A DNA stretch of 64,000 bases from a virus. Every line of letters starts with the position of its first letter. Positions within the stretch are counted from its first letter, which is position 1. The stretch lies in IMG/VR virus record IMGVR_UViG_3300042731_007874, one strand, 5' to 3'. The notes under the pieces were generated by a model that saw nothing but the letters and a program-made list of their open reading frames with translations, was not told where the DNA came from and made no database searches. Below, piece by piece: positions 10,459-20,283 of the stretch. A program made the position numbers and the translations under genes.

Positions 10459-13400
10459 ATGAGCACTGACGCAATGAATGATGTTTTTCCAATCGTTTTT
10501 GATTTTAAAGACGGAGAACAACCAACTGGCGAAAAACTAACTGGTCTTGTAAAACACGTAGACACAGCTTTTTCAGATATCACTAGAGCAGTTGGGGATC
10601 CATGGGATTATCAGTCTCATACTTGGGGATCCGGCTCTGGACAAACACTTAGTCTTGAGAATCTGTCTCAAGCTTCTCTTGCTAGGCTTATTGGTCCATC
10701 TGATTGGATTGGGCCTTTAGGAGGGGAATTAAACAGTGCTGTTTCTGGTACAATTACAGTTACTTTAAAATCAGGAAAAAACAGTTGGAGTTTAGGATAT
10801 CCTCTTGTTAAAGTATCTACGACAATAGAAGAATCTTCTGAAGTCTCTAATCTGTCTCCACTTACTTGGGGAACTGACATTGTTGTTACTACAGATACTG
10901 GAAACATTTTAGGAACTAGAAAAACTTCTGCAACTGCAGTAACTTCTGACGGCGATTTCTATGTAGATTTTTATACTGGAGTAATTTTATCTTATAATGT
11001 TTCAACTTCTGATATCCTACTCACCTTAATTAATTTTAACCAAATGGGAGCAGGAGTCCCGTGGGGAACTCATAATGTTATTCCAACTTGGAACGAGACT
11101 GTAGAGTTATGTAACGTTACATTGGTCTCTACAATAGGAGATGTTTCTACTTATACTCTTACTCTTCCAACTGTAATTTCTTCTCCTCGTGTAACTACAG
11201 TAGGGAAATCTTTTAATAGAGGAAGCTATACAAACTCAAGTGGTTCTATTGATACAGTTTGGAATAAGATGATTCCTGGTTCTGGGTCTCAGTATTTATT
11301 ACCTCCTTCTTTAACTGGAAGTGGCATGTTAGACGGAGAAACCATTCCAGAAGGGTTTATTCTTTTATGGGATGAGGTTAACGGCAGGGTAAAGCCTCAA
11401 GTCACTTTTAAATACAAAACGTCTTCTAGTTTAACATTAGAGACTTCAGCGGCTTGGTTAACCGAAGGGCAAAATTACCGAATAATTACAGTAGGGTGTT
11501 CTTTGTCTGAAGCCATTTCGTATCTTTTAGGGGCTCAGAGATACGATAGTCATGTGGGATTACAAAGTACTTCAAAAATGGGATTTTCCCCAATGCTTTC
11601 CCATGATGATCTTATAAACCTGTTCAATGGTGCGCTCACAACTTCAGCAACAGACTTGTTTAAGTTTCGAAAATCTTCTTATGTAACAAATCCTCACCCT
11701 CAATATTTGCACAGGGCAGGATATATGCATAATGATTTAGAGGGCAATAGCGCAAATGCAATGCGTGGTGATCTAGTATTTGCTGGATTAGAAAGCGACA
11801 ACTTTGCACTAGGGACAGGGTCTAACAGCGGGACTATGAATGCTACTTATGGTATTTATTGGGGAGGGGTAAATACAAGTCTTTCTGCAACTAGTACTTC
11901 TCTTGTATTCGAAGGTGGAGAAAACGACTCGTCTTGGTTATCTGGATCTGCTTCCCGATATGGGTTTGGACTAACTGAAGTCGGGGCTTGTCCCATGGGA
12001 AGCCGTTCAAGCGAGACCTATGGGGCTTTAACCTATTATCCCTTTGGAGGAACACCCTTATATCTGAAAGGACAAGGAGCTGGTCCTTCTGGCTCTACAG
12101 GTTATTTAGGAGCCTACTTAGCTTTAGATCTTGGTCGTAGATCTGAAATGAACTATATGAAGCTAATGATGGCCTATAGGAGCACTTTATCTTATGATCA
12201 GCCGAACCAGGTGGCTCATGTAGAACAAGCATGGGGAGAAAAGAATCCAATAACTCCAGCATTAGACAATTCTTATGATGCCGAACAAGTAAGAGAATTT
12301 AGATTTAGAGGAGTTTCTCGTGTTTCAGGAGCGACAAATACAACAGAGTCGTTAGGAGGATCAACAACCAGATCTGACGCTAGTGCTATACCAGAATTTG
12401 AACATTATTTTACTTCTCCAGGGGTTGTTGGAGCTGACTTTATAAATGTTTATGGAAACGCAATTTTCTTTTCTGAAACTGGCGATGGCAAAGCTACTGA
12501 TTTTACAACTGGCGCAAAATTATGGCTAGATAACCCTCAGCTATCAACTACGAACCCCTGGTATTACTTTTACCTTGATGGCCGGTTGAATGGAACTATT
12601 CCAACAGGGATGTATTATCATCCTTTTGATTCTTCTATCTCTTATAGTCATTGTTTTATCTTTAGTATAAAAGACTATAGTCTCTTAACTGGATATGATC
12701 ATACCCAGCCACTTAGGTTTGGAGATCGAGCTGGGTTTGAATATGCTTCTAACCTTGGTGGGAATATTAGGCTAAGTACTAAACCAAGAGTAGATGGTTC
12801 TGGAGGAGGAATTATTTTAGCCTCCGGTGCAACATCAAAAAATACAGTTGACAATATAGTTGGAACTACTGGGTATACTACTACTTTCGAAGACGATATT
12901 AGGTTTTACGCTGATCGCGATATCTATGCTCTTGCCAGCAGAGACATGCATATACAAACAGGAGATGATCTTTTAATTACAGCTACTGATGATGTAGAGG
13001 TAAGAGGAGATCAAATTACTCTTCTGGGAACTTCTTCGGCTACAGTTCAAGCAAGTTCAGTTTATGTAACTTCTACTTCAGCAAGTGTAAATATTACGGG
13101 TCAGTCAAATGTAAATATTGATGCAACAACCGGTATTTTCGGACAATGCTCTTCTCAAAACTCAAGTATCGAATTTTGGAACACTGCTAGTTCTCACCCT
13201 GTTTCTGACGCTGGAGATATTGGTCTATATGCCAATGATTCTGTCTATATATACACCTACAAAGAAGACTCTAATAGTAAGATTTCTTTACATACTAATT
13301 ATGAAGCAGGAGGAGGGAGTACAGGGAATCTAGACTTATATAAACATAAACTAGACGTAAGGTTACTTTACGAGTCAACCCCAACAACTTATGCCTCTCT

Positions 13401-13587
13401 TAGTTTAAACTCAAATGGCGCATCATATATTAATGTTGATTCAACTTTTACTCTTGAAGCTGGCGATGATATTGAAATTGATCCAGGATCTGGTAATAAT
13501 ATTATTTTAACAAATCTTCCCACTAGTGATCCTGGAGTAGCTGGAGCCTTATATAATAGTTCTGGTACTATAAAAATTTCTACATAG
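10459..13587 (+). CDS. Tail fibre-like protein
   Basis: 1042 aa, Ser/Thr/Gly-rich; NPHPQY motif, beta-helix-like stretch near the C-terminus, and terminal LPTSDPGVAGALYNSSGTIKIS motif commonly seen at phage fibre ends. Confidence 0.65.
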   Translation: MSTDAMNDVFPIVFDFKDGEQPTGEKLTGLVKHVDTAFSDITRAVGDPWDYQSHTWGSGSGQTLSLENLSQASLARLIGPSDWIGPLGGELNSAVSGTITVTLKSGKNSWSLGYPLVKVSTTIEESSEVSNLSPLTWGTDIVVTTDTGNILGTRKTSATAVTSDGDFYVDFYTGVILSYNVSTSDILLTLINFNQMGAGVPWGTHNVIPTWNETVELCNVTLVSTIGDVSTYTLTLPTVISSPRVTTVGKSFNRGSYTNSSGSIDTVWNKMIPGSGSQYLLPPSLTGSGMLDGETIPEGFILLWDEVNGRVKPQVTFKYKTSSSLTLETSAAWLTEGQNYRIITVGCSLSEAISYLLGAQRYDSHVGLQSTSKMGFSPMLSHDDLINLFNGALTTSATDLFKFRKSSYVTNPHPQYLHRAGYMHNDLEGNSANAMRGDLVFAGLESDNFALGTGSNSGTMNATYGIYWGGVNTSLSATSTSLVFEGGENDSSWLSGSASRYGFGLTEVGACPMGSRSSETYGALTYYPFGGTPLYLKGQGAGPSGSTGYLGAYLALDLGRRSEMNYMKLMMAYRSTLSYDQPNQVAHVEQAWGEKNPITPALDNSYDAEQVREFRFRGVSRVSGATNTTESLGGSTTRSDASAIPEFEHYFTSPGVVGADFINVYGNAIFFSETGDGKATDFTTGAKLWLDNPQLSTTNPWYYFYLDGRLNGTIPTGMYYHPFDSSISYSHCFIFSIKDYSLLTGYDHTQPLRFGDRAGFEYASNLGGNIRLSTKPRVDGSGGGIILASGATSKNTVDNIVGTTGYTTTFEDDIRFYADRDIYALASRDMHIQTGDDLLITATDDVEVRGDQITLLGTSSATVQASSVYVTSTSASVNITGQSNVNIDATTGIFGQCSSQNSSIEFWNTASSHPVSDAGDIGLYANDSVYIYTYKEDSNSKISLHTNYEAGGGSTGNLDLYKHKLDVRLLYESTPTTYASLSLNSNGASYINVDSTFTLEAGDDIEIDPGSGNNIILTNLPTSDPGVAGALYNSSGTIKIST

Positions 13588-13595
13588 GAAAATAA

Positions 13596-16148
13596 ATGGC
13601 AACAACAGGAACAGGATCTGTAAATTTTCAGTTTAGGATTTCTCAAGTCCCTGGTTCATTTAACCTAAGAACTCGGACAAATGTAAAAAAGCATATTGCG
13701 AATATTATTTACATTAAAGAACCTCCTAACGATGCTATAAAATTAGAATATGTAGGAAGTAAAGAATCTTTACCTTCTGTTAATCTATTTATTGCAGATC
13801 GAAGTGACGATGTTTATAACAACACAAGAAATACTACTTTACAAGAGTTTATTGGGGATAAGTTGGCAACAAGTGTTGTTGTTGCTAATAAGAATTTTTT
13901 AGTTACTCAAGAATTTATTGATTCTGACGCAGACTCTATCCCTTTATACTATAGACACGAGTTGCCTAGTACTGTTTCTCTAGAATCAATTAAAGTTTTT
14001 GATAAAGATTTTAATCCAATAGATCCGGCATCTTACAAAATAACATCAGAATATATTTATAACGAAGACACAGGTATCAGAACAGATGTTTTAGATAAAT
14101 TTTATCTTTTTAACTCTTTAGAGTCTTTTCATGATCCAAAAACTGGCGACTATAATGTGTATTTTGTTCAATACACAAACTCCTCCGAAACAATAACAGA
14201 ACTGTTAGACAATGAGGCTGCCTATACAGAAGCAGCATTTTCGGACTTTTGGCACTTAACTCCTGGATTTTTAAAACCTTGGGCGAGAGCATACGTTCTT
14301 AGAGATGATGATTTCTTCTCAGATAATTATTTTATTTCTCTACCTGCAAGTTCTAAATATGCTGTAAAGTATATTGAGTCACAAAGAGTTAGGGTTGCGC
14401 CTCCTGTAGACATCTCAGACGAAGGTCCGTGGTTTCCAAGGGTAATTAATGGTGGGTTTTTACATGGTATTAATGGACGAATTTCTAAATACGATATTAG
14501 AGAATTTTCTAATCAATCTTTTAATCCAATCGAGCCATATAAGCTGTCTGGTCGTACAAAATGTTTGAAAATAAACGACAATTTAATTAAATTTCCTCAT
14601 GAAACGTTATCGTTCAATTCAGCATATTCTAACATAGATATAACTTTAGAAGACGACGGGGTAGTTAAATATGCGATTACTTCAAACCATACAAAAGCTG
14701 GAGATGAAGTTTATGATCTTGACGGAAGGGCTGTTCCAAACGAAGACAACACCGCTAATGTAACTTGGTCATATTCTAAATTCTTAGGAGTTGATAGAAG
14801 ATCTGGGATTGTGTTAGTTGATCAAAAAATTCTAGATTCTTATGAGATCTATGCAACCTATACATACAAAGAGAAGTACTTTTCTGTTACAGATCTAGTA
14901 ATGAATCCTATTTTTGATCTAAATGCGACTAACGAAAAACGAATAATATTTTTAGTTCCTCGAAATGAGAAGAATACTAATTCAACAACACAAACAGCAT
15001 CAATAGGCACACTCAGAGTAGGTAAGAATGGGAAGATTATTTACTCAAACCAAGATGGTCGTGACTATAACCCCAAGCTTGATTTTGACACACGGGTTTC
15101 TTCTTCTAATGGGTATTCTCTATCTGGTGTCTTAGGTTTACATTACTCATGGTTTTCGACGACAACTTCTTCAGAAGCTTTTGATTTTTCTTCCGGAACA
15201 ACACTTTCTGTTGTTTCAACAAATGGTTTTCCAAAAAGCGGATGGCTCCGAACTCTTGATACAAGTAGTAATTATCGATATTTTAAGTACACTAGCAAAA
15301 CAGATATTGCTTTTGTTTTATCTGAAACTGCAGAACATCATCCGTTAACAGGGACAATCCCTTCTTCTTCACAGATTGAGCTTGTGAATTTTATAGACGA
15401 GTTCGCAATTCAATCAAGACGTAACGCCCAAGAAGAGATTGACTATTATGGAGAAACTACTGGGTATCCTTCTTTCTATTCTCAGTATTTAATTCTAGGA
15501 GAATTATCGATAAACCCACCTCATGGAGTTCATGATTTAACCAGAATAGATGTTCGTCAAAATGGTGGAGGAATTAGAGAAGAACTCTATGACGAGGCTA
15601 AAGCGTTAAACCCAGAGATTCAATGGCTTAATGATTATGGAACTTTTAACGGACAAGTCTATCCTGGTAGTTCAGTACTTGTGGTAAAATTGCCAATCTC
15701 GTTAAAAGAAGATTTCTCTTTAGATAGAATTAGAGAAATTGTTAAAGAACATGTCCCAATGGGGGTTTATCCTTTAATTCGGTTTTATGGATATGAGCCA
15801 AGGATTATAAGTTGTACTCCCGAAGCTGAATCAATTACAATTGATTGGGAGAAAGAAGGTTCTGAATTTGTCTACGACATTCTGTATGCAACAAACGCAG
15901 ATGCAGAATATCACAAAGCAAATTTGGTTAGAATTACCGATGGAGCAGGAACTTATAATACTTTTACGATTACAGATCTAACAGCAAATCAGCCTTATTT
16001 TGTCAAAATAGACATGAGAGATAAATATTACCAATGGTGGTATGGTTATTCAAGTTATAATAGTATTGAAGGTGGGTTAGGTTTGTCAGAAAATGCTCCA
16101 ACTGCTCCATTTGGGAACGTGGTAAACTTTCAGTATAGAATTTTATAA
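13596..16148 (+). CDS. Virion structural protein with C-terminal fibronectin type III domain
   Basis: SITIDWEK...YDILY...TFTITDLTANQPYFVKI is an FN3 pattern (W, Y, L-x5-Y); RIDVRQNGGGI segment; lies in the structural operon. Confidence 0.6.
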   Translation: MATTGTGSVNFQFRISQVPGSFNLRTRTNVKKHIANIIYIKEPPNDAIKLEYVGSKESLPSVNLFIADRSDDVYNNTRNTTLQEFIGDKLATSVVVANKNFLVTQEFIDSDADSIPLYYRHELPSTVSLESIKVFDKDFNPIDPASYKITSEYIYNEDTGIRTDVLDKFYLFNSLESFHDPKTGDYNVYFVQYTNSSETITELLDNEAAYTEAAFSDFWHLTPGFLKPWARAYVLRDDDFFSDNYFISLPASSKYAVKYIESQRVRVAPPVDISDEGPWFPRVINGGFLHGINGRISKYDIREFSNQSFNPIEPYKLSGRTKCLKINDNLIKFPHETLSFNSAYSNIDITLEDDGVVKYAITSNHTKAGDEVYDLDGRAVPNEDNTANVTWSYSKFLGVDRRSGIVLVDQKILDSYEIYATYTYKEKYFSVTDLVMNPIFDLNATNEKRIIFLVPRNEKNTNSTTQTASIGTLRVGKNGKIIYSNQDGRDYNPKLDFDTRVSSSNGYSLSGVLGLHYSWFSTTTSSEAFDFSSGTTLSVVSTNGFPKSGWLRTLDTSSNYRYFKYTSKTDIAFVLSETAEHHPLTGTIPSSSQIELVNFIDEFAIQSRRNAQEEIDYYGETTGYPSFYSQYLILGELSINPPHGVHDLTRIDVRQNGGGIREELYDEAKALNPEIQWLNDYGTFNGQVYPGSSVLVVKLPISLKEDFSLDRIREIVKEHVPMGVYPLIRFYGYEPRIISCTPEAESITIDWEKEGSEFVYDILYATNADAEYHKANLVRITDGAGTYNTFTITDLTANQPYFVKIDMRDKYYQWWYGYSSYNSIEGGLGLSENAPTAPFGNVVNFQYRIL

Positions 16149-16158
16149 GAGGTAAACA

Positions 16159-16689
16159 ATGACAGTAAATTTAACATTATCTGGGACTAACGGAGGCAGT
16201 TCGTTTAGCGATACAGAAGACCTTGGTTCTGTCTCTCCTGGTAGCACTGTAGACTTTCAAGATGTTTTTATTTCGCATGATGCAGAAAACAACAAAATTA
16301 CAGACGTTGCTTTGTATCTCACTCAATATGCAGGAAGTAACTATTTAGGAAGTGATGCGCCTAGTGATTTAACAGAAATCCTTGGGTGGGGAGATGCTGC
16401 TACTGGTGGGTTTAAGGTTGTAATGGATGGTTGGGGAAGTTGGACAACAGGAACTCGGAATGACGTTGGTACTTGGCTAACATTTAAAAATGGTTATGGA
16501 GACGTTGATAGCCAAATTCCTTTAGCGAAAGAATCTATCGTAACTGGCGCTGTCCCTTCTGTTGACGGAGAGATTCCTGTTGACGGAACTGCCCATGTTC
16601 AAGTAGAAATCGACACTCCGTCGTCAATCCCTGCTGGAGCAGGATATCGAGCTTTTTCTTTAGTGATTGCGTATTCGGCAACATCTTAG
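16159..16689 (+). CDS. Putative virion structural protein (all-beta)
   Basis: SD GAGG, 176 aa, Gly/Ser/Asp-rich beta pattern; context only. Confidence 0.45.
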   Translation: MTVNLTLSGTNGGSSFSDTEDLGSVSPGSTVDFQDVFISHDAENNKITDVALYLTQYAGSNYLGSDAPSDLTEILGWGDAATGGFKVVMDGWGSWTTGTRNDVGTWLTFKNGYGDVDSQIPLAKESIVTGAVPSVDGEIPVDGTAHVQVEIDTPSSIPAGAGYRAFSLVIAYSATS

Positions 16690-16793
16690 TATAATTAAAT
16701 CATGAGTACTAGAAATTTATCCCCAGGAACTAAACCTTCTCCTCCAATAAAAATCATTCCATTATCTAGTTAGAAAAAATTACAAATAAAATC

Positions 16794-16822
16794 TTGTCTA
16801 TTCAAATTATAAAGAATATACT
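16794..16822 (+). promoter_or_regulatory. Sigma70-type promoter (-35 TTGTCT, 17 bp, -10 TATACT)
   Basis: TTGTCT at 16794-16799 and TATACT at 16817-16822 with an exact 17-nt spacer, in an AT-rich intergenic gap; SD AAGGAG at 16844-16849. Confidence 0.6.
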
Positions 16823-16857
16823 TAACATTGGTCATTTTAACAAAAGGAGAAAGCTTT

Positions 16858-17433
16858 ATGAAAATTAAACGAAAAGAAGTCGCAAGTCTACTCGAAGGCA
16901 TTACTTCGATGAACAGTAGTAAGCTTAATGTACGTACTGTTTTTGATCTAGTAGCTAACAAGAGACAGCTCACAGCGGAAGTTGAAAACATTAGAGATAC
17001 ACAAAAAGCAATTTTTGAGGATAGTGAGTTTGCTAATCAAATCAAGGAATTCGATGAAAAACGAATTGCTCTTTGCGAAGAATATTCCGAGAAAGACGAA
17101 AAAGGGAAAGCAAAGAAAATTACACTTCCGCCTGTTAACGGAAAACCACGAGAAGAGTATGATATTCTTGCCGAAAAGAAAGATGAATTTGAGACACAAG
17201 TAGCTGAGCTTAGAAAGCAATACCAGTCCGCTTTTGATCAAGAAAAGGTTAAAATAGAAGAGATTCAGAATTTTCTAGAAGAAGAAGTTGAGCTGGAACT
17301 AACAATGTTTAAGACAGAAGATCTTCCTGAACAAATGACTATTAATCAAATGTCTCTATTGTTCCCAATAATCAAGCAGGATTCAGAACTTGTAGAAGTT
17401 ACCAAACTTCCCGTCCTTAAAGAAGAAAAATAA
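16858..17433 (+). CDS. Charged coiled-coil protein (DUF1617-like)
   Basis: Start moved from the track's 16828 to the ATG at 16858 because of the SD; helical E/K-rich sequence with LCEEYSEKDEKGK motif reminiscent of DUF1617-type phage proteins. Confidence 0.45.
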   Translation: MKIKRKEVASLLEGITSMNSSKLNVRTVFDLVANKRQLTAEVENIRDTQKAIFEDSEFANQIKEFDEKRIALCEEYSEKDEKGKAKKITLPPVNGKPREEYDILAEKKDEFETQVAELRKQYQSAFDQEKVKIEEIQNFLEEEVELELTMFKTEDLPEQMTINQMSLLFPIIKQDSELVEVTKLPVLKEEK

Positions 17434-17550
17434 CCCTATTAGCCTGAATTAATTCTTGTTCCTGTTTAAGTAATTGAGAATCTTCTCTTATAATGTTAAT
17501 ATAAAAAGGAGATTTTATATTCTTTTATCAAAGAAAGGAATTCTGAATTT

Positions 17551-17856
17551 ATGTACGTGACAAGATATTATAAGAATTCTTCGGACGAAGTGTTGAGGAT
17601 TGATACTATTACGTTTGAGTCAACAACAAATTCGTTAAATAAACCGATTACACAGAAAACTTATGCCAGAAAAGTTTCAGTCGAATTAGCAATAGGAGCT
17701 TTAGATCGAACTGTTGCAACAATTCATTTACTTACAGACGCAAACAATTATCCTTTTAATGTTTCTGGAGGTAATAATTACGAATGGGTTTCTTGGGACG
17801 ATCCTGCTTTTCGTTGTAATATGAGCGATCTTCCTCAAATTGGCGAAACGGTTTAA
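17551..17856 (+). CDS. Hypothetical protein
   Basis: SD AAAGGA upstream; 101 aa; coupled to the next gene. Confidence 0.55.
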   Translation: MYVTRYYKNSSDEVLRIDTITFESTTNSLNKPITQKTYARKVSVELAIGALDRTVATIHLLTDANNYPFNVSGGNNYEWVSWDDPAFRCNMSDLPQIGETV

Positions 17857-18326
17857 TGGGGGCTTGGGTTAAAGTATTTAAGGATTTTTCTACAGAAGGC
17901 GGCTCAGATCTAGACATTAGTAAAGGTAGAGCTTCCTGGTCGAAGGGAAGACTTAAGAATATAATTAGGGTATTTATTTCAGAAAAACTTTCATCTGCTA
18001 CTCTAGAATTACCAGACACCCAATGGCATCAATTTGACCGAATGGCATACATAGAAGGACAAACTCTTCGTCTATTCAGGGTTGTTCAGGCCAAAATTCT
18101 TGAACATCACAAAGATAGTTATTTATGTTATGCCAATGACGAGAACAGTAAGAAAGCTTATTTTTCATGGTGTTATCTTTCTGATGAGCCAAAAAGTCAA
18201 AACTCTTTCTTAATAGAATCTAGTCATATAGGTAAGTGGATTTCTATTAAAGTTTCGTCTAGTGATAACCCTGTCTTCTTTTTAGCAAATCGTTCCGGGG
18301 AGTTCAATGGAGCCATTCTTAAATAG
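17856..18326 (+). CDS. Hypothetical protein
   Basis: TAATG overlap with the previous gene; 156 aa. Confidence 0.55.
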   Translation: MGAWVKVFKDFSTEGGSDLDISKGRASWSKGRLKNIIRVFISEKLSSATLELPDTQWHQFDRMAYIEGQTLRLFRVVQAKILEHHKDSYLCYANDENSKKAYFSWCYLSDEPKSQNSFLIESSHIGKWISIKVSSSDNPVFFLANRSGEFNGAILK

Positions 18327-20283
18327 TCTTTTAGATACTTTGCCTGCGATACAAGCGAAGCAGATTTCGGAATTACTGCAGGACTTACAACAAGCTGGTT
18401 CTGTTAGGAATGCTGATGAATACGAAGCTAGTCTTCAAGCGCTGTCTGCTGCGATTAATGATACTTCTCCAACTCCTTCCTTCTCTCAGATTCGGGCACT
18501 ATCATGGAACTTGTGTAGCTCTGACGCGCACAACATAATGATGCAGGCAATGAAAAATGATTTAGAAGCTGCATTTCTTCAAGTTGATTCGCTTGGCGCG
18601 AAGCTATCTGATCATTCTGTCTTGTTTGTTAATGGTCTGTTGTCAGATTTAGAACGTGGCTTAAATTACCAAGAAGGTTTAATTAGACAGCTAGAGTGGT
18701 TAGCAGAAAAGAATAATGAGTTTACAAACGTATTAGTAAATAATTTTTCCTCGGCTTCTTTATTTAAGACATCAAGAAGCGCACCTAATGCCGATAGTCT
18801 TTATTACGACAACAGAACGTTAAAGAAACAATCAGAAATCACTATCCCGTCTGCTGTTGTTTCTGTGGATGGAAATAAGCTTATACTAGATACGGAAAAT
18901 ACTCCTCGTGAAGATCCGGTTTCCGTCACTCTTCTTTCTAATAGCTATTCTTATGGAACAAAATACCATGTAGACGACGCTGGCCTAGAAAACTTAATTG
19001 ATAAAACAAAAGACACTTTTTGGACTTATAATGTGTATACCGAATCTGCCGTAGAAAAGGTAAGTGCAGTTTTAAACTTTAGATTTGGTTCTGGGAAAGA
19101 TGTTGATTTTGTTGTGGTAGAAGGGGTTTCTTCTCCTTTTGTGTTAGAAGAGATAATTGGGTATTCTTTAGATGGTTCCACCTACGATTTAACCGAACAA
19201 CAATACACAATTGATGGGATCACTAGAGTAGATTTCCAGAGGATTAATGTAGAATCGATTACTCTTGTTTTTTCCGTAAAAACATTTAAAAAAGCAGAAG
19301 AATGGATTGAGTCAAATCGCCAAATTAATAATTTAGACAAACTCCTAGAACTTGATTCTGTAGGTAGACATGACGCTCTTGCTTCAGTTACCAGAGAAGT
19401 ATTAGCTTCTGAAACCCTTGCTAATGCAATAAATGTTATAAACTATTCGGATTTTCAAATAAATGCCTTCTTGTATAATATAGTTATTGACAATGTCTGG
19501 TTTGGGAATAGTATTTCAAAAGACACTGGAATTTTTGTTTCTAGTCCATTGTCTTTAACGAATGCTGGAGTAATTGCAGTAGAGGCTAAAGAATCCACAG
19601 ATACATCTATAATTAAAAATACTTTCGAATATGAAATTATTAAGATTGATAAATTTCCAAAATATAAAGAGACCAGATTTTCTATTCCGAGACTAGGGCA
19701 AACATCTGTTTCTTCAGAAAGACTAGTTTTAACAAACAGAAGTCATGATTCGGTAATTAATAGTATTGGGGCATTAAGGTTTTTCCCATATATCTCTCCA
19801 AATTATTCTCCTTCTGACAGTGAGCCAATTATTGTCTACAAGAATGGAGTTGCATTAAGTCGGGCTTTAGGTGATTGGACATTTGCTGTTTCACAAGAAG
19901 ACTCTACTCTTGTTTGGCAATCTAACTATACAGATCTATCTTTTTCAAGCAACAGTTATAACTTAACCCCTCTTAAGTTTCTAATAAAACTGAAAAATCC
20001 AGCTTTAAATGCGGTGTATACTGTTGATTATAATATAAAAACAAGTGACAATGTTACAGAAATTGAATCTACAGACGAACTGGATTTTGCTACTATTTGG
20101 CTAGACAATGAAAAGACCGTTTATCTTGGTGATTCAGGAAGAGTTTATTTCTTGAAACCAGATGCAGATCTAACTATAAATTCTGATTTATATTTACAAA
20201 TTACTTTACGAAGGAATAAGTCTTCTCAGTCCTCGTCTCCTTTCTTGTACGAATATGCCGTTTTAGGAGCAACCTATAAATGA
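18307..20283 (+). CDS. Large structural protein (helical N-terminus plus beta-sandwich/discoidin-like domain)
   Basis: 658 aa; ENLIDKTKDTFW motif parallels ITDGKPNTWF and ILKNQNTTW in the next two genes. Confidence 0.5.
   Translation: MEPFLNSLLDTLPAIQAKQISELLQDLQQAGSVRNADEYEASLQALSAAINDTSPTPSFSQIRALSWNLCSSDAHNIMMQAMKNDLEAAFLQVDSLGAKLSDHSVLFVNGLLSDLERGLNYQEGLIRQLEWLAEKNNEFTNVLVNNFSSASLFKTSRSAPNADSLYYDNRTLKKQSEITIPSAVVSVDGNKLILDTENTPREDPVSVTLLSNSYSYGTKYHVDDAGLENLIDKTKDTFWTYNVYTESAVEKVSAVLNFRFGSGKDVDFVVVEGVSSPFVLEEIIGYSLDGSTYDLTEQQYTIDGITRVDFQRINVESITLVFSVKTFKKAEEWIESNRQINNLDKLLELDSVGRHDALASVTREVLASETLANAINVINYSDFQINAFLYNIVIDNVWFGNSISKDTGIFVSSPLSLTNAGVIAVEAKESTDTSIIKNTFEYEIIKIDKFPKYKETRFSIPRLGQTSVSSERLVLTNRSHDSVINSIGALRFFPYISPNYSPSDSEPIIVYKNGVALSRALGDWTFAVSQEDSTLVWQSNYTDLSFSSNSYNLTPLKFLIKLKNPALNAVYTVDYNIKTSDNVTEIESTDELDFATIWLDNEKTVYLGDSGRVYFLKPDADLTINSDLYLQITLRRNKSSQSSSPFLYEYAVLGATYK

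Noticed and set aside
16702-16773. 23-aa ORF MSTRNLSPGTKPSPPIKIIPLSS
   Set aside because: No SD and no recognisable motif; it may simply be promoter-upstream DNA.
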